Assembly (NCBI GenBank): GCA_964016885.1
Contig: OZ024755.1
Span: forward strand, 29,016,001-29,080,000
DNA from: Eledone cirrhosa
Taxonomy: Eukaryota
DNA length: 64,000 bases
Reading direction: 5' to 3'
Position 1 is the stretch's first letter. Each line of letters starts with the position of its first letter. This document shows positions 54,889-64,000 of the stretch, piece by piece. Both the position numbers and the translations under genes were made by a program. The notes under the pieces were generated by a model. It saw only the letters and a list, made by a program, of their open reading frames with translations. It was not told where the DNA came from and did not search any database.

Positions 54889-55622
54889 GGGTGTCCGTAT
54901 AAACATAAGCTTCATTTCCCTTGTAATTAGCAGGAATAAACAATACACATTTCATTTTCACACTGAAAAATTATTATTTCTATTAATATTTGTTTTTAAT
55001 GTTACAAATATGTGTTTGAATTTCCTATTACTGTAATAGTCACGATTCTATTTCTTTTAAACAGATGACTAATAAATAAGACAAAACATCAAGTATTTTG
55101 TAACTACAAACAAATAAAGCATTTTCATATATTATTCCGCAATAAAACTATTGAAACATAGCAACAGTGGAATTAATTATCCAAATACGGATTTGTTACG
55201 ATGTTTGTTAATTAGGTACATAATATAATCACATTGATAGAAATATGTATATTTTTACTTACACGTCGAAACAAAGATGCATGTATGTATATATGTATGT
55301 TGGTATGTATGTATATGTATATATATGTTCTTCTGGTTTTATAATTTCACAAATTTTTGCCAATAGAGAGAGAGTCGGTTTCTAACATAGTTACAAGACT
55401 CTTTCATTGGAATTTACACATCAACTAGGTAGATATATATGCATGTCTGCATGCATGTCTAGATATGGATGTTATTGTATGTGTGGATGTGTATGATTTG
55501 AGTTGTATGTGTGCATGTGTATATTTTATTTTACATTACTCCGGAGTAACCAAACCAACCTGCGCACTTCGTCGAGTGCTCCAATCTGCACACTTAGGTG
55601 TTGGTATACAACCAACATATAC

Positions 55623-55659
<37 letters not shown>

Positions 55660-55661
<2 letters not shown>

Positions 55662-55866
55662 CGAAGGAAATGTGGTAAGGAACCAGGTGGACCATAACGC
55701 ACCAAAGTACTCAATACTTAGGGTAGTAGAGTGGGTAATAGGAACAAGTAAGACCCCGACGGCTGAGCTCAAGCCGTTTCGACGGCTAATTCTGTACTCT
55801 AATTCCGTACAGAATTAGCCGTCGAAACGGCTTGAGCCCAGCCGTCGGGGTCTTACTTGTTCCTAT
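55660..55866. mobile_element. Family H palindromic element (subfamily A)
   Basis: Arms joined by an ~11-bp spacer near 55800, (TA)n on both sides. Confidence 0.88.
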
Positions 55867-56879
55867 ATATATATATATATATATATATATAACTTTTATT
55901 TCCTAGCCAATTAGACGAGTGATGGTATATATGTGTAGCGTAAAAACAGACGCGGCGAAATATACGGTGCGTCGCACGCTCTGGAGAATAATTCCTATAT
56001 TGTTGCAGCGAATATAAATGTTAGCGAAGCAATTATCAAACATCCATTGCAGCATATGAATCAATATATCAAACGGTCTGTGTATTACTGCATTTAAGTA
56101 TATCATTTACAAAACATAGTGACTGAAGTGTAAAGAAATCGTAATAGTTTGTTTGTAGCATGGTACGAATTATCGAGCATAATTGAGTCTAATGATTTAG
56201 CTGGGCTTTATTATTCAGATCAAAATGTTTTCCTTATAGTTGGTTATATTATACTTCCATCAATATAACAACAATGCTGGAGTCATACAAACTGCCCTGA
56301 TCCCATTCAGTCAGACAGAAAACACCATAACACGTAGAGATATATAGATTTGCACATTAGCACACAACCGTATAGAGTTAATGTTTACTTTGGCAATGAT
56401 ATATGCATTGTACTCATAATGACATAATACATTTGATCAGTATCGTATGAATATATATCGCCAAGAATGAAACTCTTTATGTAATTATAATATGTGCGTA
56501 TAGCTGATAATATGTGAAAATGAACAATTTTTTTTCTATTGATGCTTTCCTATGAATAAATATTTTCTAACATAGTATTGCAAACTCTCTTTTACATAAA
56601 CGTGATCAAATTGTATAGGATAATGTAATTTTTATTCTACACTATGTTTATACTATAGTGAAACTTTATTATTTTACGTTGAATATCAACATATAAGGCA
56701 GTAGTATAGATAGAATGTGGAGTTTAGCTTTACATAATCACTTACGGCTGGTTAAAATTCATGAAACCAGTCTCAGATTAACTGCCGATAAGAATCCCTG
56801 TGAATCAATGAAAATCACCATTTTTACACGCAAACTACACTCATGTTCTCCTTTATACATCAGAATTGGAATAAATATA

Positions 56880-57175
56880 TTTCGTGCTTAGCTCTTTATA
56901 TCATTGATTTGACACATTCCATTAGGATTTCATTATCAGACATCAAATATAAAGTCTCGCATGTCAAATATGCGGCCTGTGGGCTGCATGCCGCCCTTTA
57001 CAAGCACACCTGCGGCCCGCACAATGGTTTTTACAGCGCGAGTATGTTTTATCTTCGTGATATCAAAGGAGAAAATGTGTTGTAATGTGCGCAATTAGTT
57101 GTCGTGTGTGGTCCTCACACAACACATATCTGACCCATGTGACCCTCAGGGGGCTCTCAGTTTGATATACCCCCT
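56880..57175. mobile_element. hAT MITE homologous to 18655-18966
   Basis: GCATGTCAAAT...GTTTGATATACCC, plus a shared upstream ~80-bp segment. Confidence 0.8.
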
Positions 57176-58975
57176 GTACACTATCACAATTCATAACTTT
57201 CCTATTTACTTATCATGAATTACATTTATAAAGGTGCTTTTGATATTTTGAGAGATCTTCAAAATATGTCACATTCTAAATTTGTACGGTGCAGTTGTAG
57301 TCTAATGCATATGTTTATCTTAGTTCATTTATGTTCCAATCATCTCCCTCGAACAATGTGCTTCCAAGCAGGCTCTCTTCACCATCTGGAATGTCTCTAA
57401 GTATCTAACGAATCTGAGATTTTCAGATTGATTCCGAGAATTTATGCAATCTTAACTATATTAAAGAAAGGAGTGCGGGACTTCGTCTAGAATATATATT
57501 TATTTTCTCCCGTTTGTAAAATAATTTGGATTACTTTGAATAAATAATCAATGGATATTGCATAATTTATGTTCTAAATTTCGTAACTTTTGATTAAATA
57601 TAAATAATTTTATTGTTTATTTTAAGATTCACTTCTTTAATTTTTTCAAATTTCAACACCTCCGGTTAGCGATCGCTTATATAAACATTCATATATTTTC
57701 GTCACTATTTTTTTTCCTAATGCAGTTTATATATAATATATTTTGTTAATGTATCATGGATTACTTTACTGATTACATAAGAGAGTATAACGCAGACTTT
57801 CTGTGCATATTGTCAATTACGATTTCATTTGATGTATCATATCTATATGTATATATATTTCCGTATAATATCAATATGCACACTACACATGCTAGCAGAA
57901 AACCACCCGAATTGTGATTTTTCTGCTAGTCTATACTAATTAAGGTTGTTTAAGCAGGAGGGGTAGAAATAGAATGAAGATGTACTACTTAACCTGGCCT
58001 AACCTCGTTATTCGAACCCGCTGTTGGAAATACTTTTAGACTTCTACATATTCATAACTTGTTCCCACTATTCTTGTTGCTGAATTTGTTTTTGTGGGGC
58101 CATGACACCACTGATTTAGAATAATTATTAGATGTAGTAATCCGGAGAACAATAGAGTGGAATACAATTGAGAATAGTTTCAAATATCCCCATCGGGTTG
58201 ACGTGTTCTGCGGGTGTAGATCGAATGTCCTGTTGTGGGGCAGAATCCCAGTGTACCTTTTTTTCATTGCCCTGACAATTACTGATTAAGCCCACAATAA
58301 TTATGAGGGCATCGCGAATATTCCATTGGCTTTAGGTTTATGTTAACTAGGTCATCGATATCTGATGCATGATTTCCTATTTTAAGAAGGTATCTATTCT
58401 TTTGAATATCATTTATCTGATATATCTAGAATTTCGAACAGGGAAATAGAGATTTCCGTATCAATATCTGCACATTTAGATGGCGACTACTGCTGGGATG
58501 TCACGGCCTTTTATTCCTCTTAGAAAAAAGAAACGGATAGATATGATGAAAACTAAAATTCAATTAGCTGACATTAGCTTCGGTTAACTGAAACACGTTA
58601 ATAAAAATACGTTAATAAAAAGGTCATGCACCAAATTATAACCACTAAAGTAGTGTTGCCATCAGATATTTCGCTCTTAACATTAGTCAAATAAGTGCAA
58701 TTTCAATGGTTATATTTTGCACTAGACCTTTCAAATATAACGTTTTCTCGTTATTCATTTAATATTCTCATTTATAATTCAAATATAGCATTGCTCTAAC
58801 TCATTTCCATTTTCGAAATTGATTACCTTTTTCACTTATTTGGAAATGCTGTTTAATGTTAAATCGATACATATATGATACAAAAACAACTGCTTACAAG
58901 ATTATATGCAATGGAATTCTTTTCAAAAAGACATGCATATTCTCACATATATATATACATAATTCTAGAAACAAG

Positions 58976-59023
<48 letters not shown>

Positions 59024-59178
59024 GGTTGTTTATTTGTTTATTTTCAAAGCTCTATCGTCACACATTCTGTGGCCTCCTCAGTAACTAATTTGCTATTTTG
59101 TGTCTCCCTTCTTTGATAACTGTGGAGGTCACAGAATGTGTGACGAAAGAGCTTTGAGAATTAACAAATAAACAATCA
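59024..59178. mobile_element. Palindrome with two divergent, singly mutated hammerheads
   Basis: The + arm reads CTGTGGA G-GTCACA-GAATG-TGTGAC GAAA GAGC TT. The - arm reads CTGAGGA..GATA GAGC TT. A related motif lies at ~42678-42712. Confidence 0.65.
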
Positions 59179-59239
59179 CCCAATTATTAAAATAACCAAC
59201 TGGAAATTTATAATACATTGAAGTGAATATCAACAGGTG

Positions 59240-59540
59240 CGTGTGTCTTCTGGGAAGCATGACCCTCGCAAAATATTGGAGATGACAACAGATATCCAGT
59301 GTAGAAAGATACCAAATTGGAAAGCTCCCGGTAGAGACAGTTTGCAAGGATTCTAGTTGAAAAAGCTGAGGACTCTTCGTGGGATAATTTCTGAGCAACT
59401 GAATAAGATATTGAGCGGAGAAGAGAGGTTACCAGAATGGCTAAACTTTGAGAGAACGATTTGGTATTTGAAGGACTCAGCAATGGAAATGCATTTGACA
59501 ACTGTAGACCTATTTTTTGTCTCCCTCTTATGTGGAAACA
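59240..59540 (+). mobile_element. R4/Dong-like LINE RT N-terminal fragment
   Basis: [17 protein letters not shown]...LPEWL...[18 protein letters not shown]. Confidence 0.7.
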
Positions 59541-59900
59541 TGAGCTGAGGCTGCGGCATATCCAGATATTCCGCCTAAACGGTGAACAGGTGGGGTCGCC
59601 GTTTGTGAGACAGGCATTTCTGCAGTTCGTCTTTTTGACCAAGCTGCAGTCCTGGATCAAAAAGAGACCGAGACTGGATGCCTGGCATCTGGAATGTTGC
59701 CAGGCGCTCACTGCCCTCTTCCAAGCGGGCAATGCTGTTAGTGGAACTTCCACTCTCGATTTCTATAGAGGATTAGTGGTGGGCAAGTGCGACGACACGC
59801 TTGAAGAAAATCTGGACGTCCACCAAGTCGAACTGACCAGTCTGTTCCGGGGGACTTTGTGGTCTGTGAATATGGATAACTTCCAAAAATCCATTACGAA
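59541..59900 (+). mobile_element. Second LINE fragment, possibly L1/Tx1-like post-RT region
   Basis: Abrupt switch to GC-richer coding-like sequence (LRLRH...SWIKKRPR...WHLEC) that is not collinear with an RT. The clade is assigned from recollection only. Confidence 0.4.
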
Positions 59901-60141
59901 ACCGGTTTTATCTAATGCACCAATTATGAAATTATTCATTCTGTTAGATTAAAGAATAAATAATCTTTAAGTATACTCCTGTGCATTGTCACCTTGACTT
60001 TTTAACTACACCCGTTGTTTTGTTTAGAACCATAACCCCTTAAGTGCGTTGGACTTATGATCATAATGTTGTGGGTTTTGATTCTTGGGCTGGGTTGTGT
60101 GTTGTGTTCTTGAGCAAAACACTTCATGTCAGACATCAATT

Positions 60142-60207
60142 TATTTTATCTGATGAGGACGTACGGAGGAAGCAGCACAGTACTTCTGAAATATATATAA
60201 TAAAATA
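60142..60207 (+). ncRNA. Type I hammerhead ribozyme, intact core
   Basis: TATTTTAT CTGATGA GGACGTAC...GTACTTCT GAAA TATATA TA ATAAAATA. Perfect 8-bp stem I. Confidence 0.8.
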
Positions 60208-60262
60208 TATTTGATCACATGAATATCTATATTTATTAATATTTTGAATTAATATATATATG

Positions 60263-60345
<83 letters not shown>

Positions 60346-60347
<2 letters not shown>

Positions 60348-60928
60348 GATTACAAAGTATCGTCATAGGTAATCCAGTTAGAGGTTGTGAGTACTCCGTA
60401 ATGTGGAGAGTTTTAACGTACGGCGTTGTTTGGCTCAACAAGATGTCTCCTAAGTTAGGTTGCGAGTTCTTGGGAATTCCTATGCAGGTTAATCTTGGAG
60501 TAATAATAGTTTCAACCAATACATATATGTATATATTTAATATTTTCATATTAACTATTTTCAGCAATCATATTATGTTCACTTTTTTTCACACATAATT
60601 TTTTTACTTGTCTATTATTATTTATTTATTATTTTATTTTATTTATTTTTTTTATTTTTATTTAACATGTTTTATTTTTTTTTTTTTTTTTTTATTTCTT
60701 TATTACTGATGTTGTGATTGGAATTTTCCTAGTATATTACAAACGCCGTGTATAATTTTAATCAGTTATTCTGATGATTTGATTAGGCATACATTGTATT
60801 TAAAATTGAGTGACACAACTTCAAGTGATAAGCAATTTTTAGACACCCTAATCAATGAAACAATTGTTAGTACTGTAAATAAAACCCGTTTTGTACTGTT
60901 GACCATGTTATTCTTCACTCTTTCATCA
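60346..60928 (+). mobile_element. PLE 3' UTR/pLTR fragment related to 20350-20777
   Basis: Shared hammerhead and terminal GACCATGTTATTCTTCA.TCTTTCA, with (TA)n on both sides. Confidence 0.8.
60763..60875 (+). ncRNA. Type I hammerhead ribozyme with very long stem II
   Basis: CAGTTATT CTGATGA T-TTGATTAGG...CCTAATCAA-T GAAA CAATTG TT AGTACTG, then AATAAA. Confidence 0.78.
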
Positions 60929-62235
60929 TATATATACTGGTAAAAGCATGATTAACACGGGTAAGCGATATAATAGGGTTTTATTCCAAGCATTAGCATA
61001 TGTTTTATCGCTTAATATGCAATTAAGTATGTCTTGAAATCGTTATCGTCAATAGTTGGTAGGTTATTTCGAAATTCGATTTTAAATACACAAAACGATG
61101 CAATCACTAGGCGACCTATCACCATACTGATGTATGTATATGTATATAATATATACGTATACATACGTATATAGGTAACACATTACACACATATACACAC
61201 CTTGATACTTCGCATATACACACCTTGATACTTAATCGGCGAAATTGTGCTCACTCATATGTTGCAAGAGTAAAATATTCACTATGAACGTGGACATATG
61301 TGACAGTACTGAAAACTATTATATACATATTATGCAATTTAATTATTTTAGTAAGCTTTTTTGCCTAAAGGCGCTGGGATTATTATCACTGCTAGAACGT
61401 TCATTTCGTTACCAGTAAGTGTACTAACGAAGCTTCGCTAATTTATTTTCCACAAATACACCCCACACTAAGCATAGAATTCTGAAATTATCAGAAGCCA
61501 TTACATTTAGGTAAAACACAGCACGTCACTGTAGGTCGAAGTAAACGTAGTATTCATTCAGTCATAGTTCCTATTTAAATTCTGTTTACTTACTGAAGCT
61601 TGATTTAATTGTTGATGGTGTATATTGCAGACAACAGATTCATTACTTTCAATTTTATCCATTAGATAAATTTCATTTATTCATACATTTTGTAATGGAA
61701 ATATGTCTCATGAATAAATATATTCAACTTGTCTGAGTTCTCAAGTAAAAGACATGAATAATTTGTCAACTTATAGTAGTTGCACTCTGATTCAACAACT
61801 GATTCATGACGCAGCATTAATTTAACATCTATTGTTAATTTGATCAATCCTTCTAATTCATATTGTGTCACAGATTTTATAGCTTCTAACAGAAATTGAT
61901 CACCTCAGTCTAATAAGCTACATCTAAGTTCATATTGGAATTTTCTTCTTTATTTCAACCCCATATCAAATGTGGCAAATCTAGTACGTTTCTAGCGCCA
62001 AATTACCCAGATACGTGACGCAATCTTTGAACCTTAGTCACTTCTGTTGCTTACTGCCTAAGACCACACAAGAAGTGGGGTGGGAAGAATACATTCTTGC
62101 TATGGAAAACATATTTTTGCTATGAAAAAAATCAAGATACTAATATTCTTTTTAGAAAAGCCGCTTTTTAGAATTTCCAGCTGCCATATACGGAAAATTA
62201 TCTTAATAAAATTATTGTTATATTTTGGGTGGAAG

Positions 62236-62312
62236 TCTCTCGTGACGCTAAACTCCGCCAGTTGCAGAGTGTGCATCAACATATGATATCGCTCTCCACA
62301 ACGTTCGATCAC
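62236..62312 (-). mobile_element. Very short RTE 3' end
   Basis: DRTLWRAI..SATGGV, sharing its terminal 28 bp with 35763-35790. Confidence 0.6.
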
Positions 62313-63299
62313 AGAAAATCGAGAACTTCTATTGTCATATCATTTTTTCTAAAGTTGATATTTATATACCAACACGTTAGGTTGGAATAACCGTCTTTCC
62401 CATTTGATGTCCCTTTTTATATGTTAGAAAACATTGAGAATTGACATATTTTACCAAATTTATACGTTATGTAAAATGTATTTGGTTTTCGAAAAAGTTA
62501 CAAACCCCATGGCTTTAGTACAAAGTGGAATATGAGTTTTCAGCCTATTTGAAGTCTTCTATGTTATGAATAGTTTGGTGAGTTACAACATATGGAGTAG
62601 ATAATGAAACAGGAAAAGACAACTGCATCAAAATAGTAGATGTCGAATACAATTTCCGAACTCAGATACTTAGATGTTGCTGCAGAAGCCATAGAGAAAG
62701 GGATGCAACATATCTGTGATACAGTAGTACTACTGGGTGCTAATGAATGAAAATGTATCTAATAACAATTTCTTCTTTCAATGAACTCTAGTATGTGTGT
62801 GTAATTAGCAGCAGTCTCCTCGAATATATATAAACAGACTCCAATGTTGATTGTATAATATAATTTAAGAATGTGATATAGACTGGAGTGTGTTCTGTTA
62901 CTGAAGTTGAAACTTATAGTTGTCGTAATGGTACCTGCACTAGGTCGCATGGAGAGATCACACTTTGTCAGACACCTCAGTGGTAGAACTTAGAGAACTT
63001 AATTGTGCTTTATCTTCAATAGTTACTTAAGGATAAGACAGCCACGTTTATTCAATATCTGCACTGGCTATGTCACTGTGATGTTATAGAAAGCTAAAAT
63101 TATGTTTTCAACATCCATGTTCCATAATGTAAAGGGACGTTCGTATGAGGTGCCAAGTATGGATTTAGGTATCACATGTTTTGCGAAGGTGTATGTGATT
63201 ACACCTGATATCCTCTGCGAAGAGGTGCGTGAAATAAGTAGTGAATGATTTGTTTAGTACCAAAAATCAAGTTACTGATCACGGTAGGAATTTAATATA

Positions 63300-64000
63300 G
63301 AACTTTTTGAAAATTCGATTTTGCCGGACATTCTAGGTGACGATCTGCTTGCTATATTCATGCTTATATCTTATAGGCTGGACAGATTTCTGCAGTTTTT
63401 AACCACCATCTTTGAACATTTCAAATGGGATGCCATTTTTGTCACATACTTTATTGGATGGCAGTTGTTTGATAGCAACTTGTGCGTCATTCAATCTTTA
63501 TTGAATGATAATTCCGGTATCACCAGCCTTTATGGGATAGATGATATTGCATCTGCATCTACTCAGCATTTAGGACCGTTTCAAAGTGTTCCTTCCTTCG
63601 ACAAGATATCTCAGCTTTGTCTGTGTAAAGAACTGTTCCATCAGAGAGTAGAACTGGATTTGACCTGATCTTCCCCGGACCATCGGACCATTATAAAAAG
63701 CCCTTGAGTCCTTTTTATCGGGAGTTTGTTTAATTGCAGCCCCGTCAGCTTCCAACTATCTTCATCTTTCTAAGTGAGGACTGTGGCCTACAATCTTTAT
63801 AGGCTTTCGTTTTACGTCTTGAGTTCTTTATCTCTATCCCGAAGCCTGTCTAGGTTATGCTTCTCACTGATAACGTTCTGGACATCTGGGTTGCTTTCGT
63901 CATACCTGTCCTGGTGTTTTCTCATAGGAAATCCTGAGATTTCTACGTAGGCAACATAGTTATAATCTTTCAGCGCTTTCCTGGAAGCCTTAATCTCATC
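63300..64000 (-). mobile_element. Decayed RTE (BovB-like) LINE ORF fragment, running off the window
   Basis: SDGTVLYTDKAEILSRKEHFETVLN...AIKQLPSNK...IPFEMFKDGG with stops and frameshifts. Confidence 0.75.

Noticed and set aside
57892-57929. Isolated hairpin CTAGCAGAAAA..TTTTCTGCTAG (also twin hairpins at 16970-17038)
   Set aside because: Short, single-copy in the window and without diagnostic motifs, so no function can be assigned.

Overview
This is AT-rich eukaryotic DNA with no host gene that I can support. It is most likely intergenic or intronic sequence from an octopus-like cephalopod; that is an inference from the dense (TA)n microsatellites and the SINE type. Most ORF-track entries are microsatellite artefacts. 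The window is a mosaic of transposon relics: about 25 copies or fragments of one tRNA-derived SINE; CR1/L2, RTE, R4/Dong-like and possibly Tx1-like LINE fragments; a Tc1/mariner-superfamily transposase pseudogene; Tc1, pogo, hAT and piggyBac MITEs; two Helitron-like elements; and several minisatellite arrays. The main signal is a dense Penelope-like element (PLE) system. One 5'-truncated PLE with a GIY-YIG ORF is present, and more than 25 short pLTR-like fragments sit in or beside (TA)n tracts. Many form long palindromes, and many carry type I hammerhead ribozyme motifs (CTGAnGA...GAAA...NUH) from at least six sequence families, some with compensatory stem changes and unusual core-adjacent features. 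Coordinates and base pairings were read by eye and may be off by a few bases. No database search was run.
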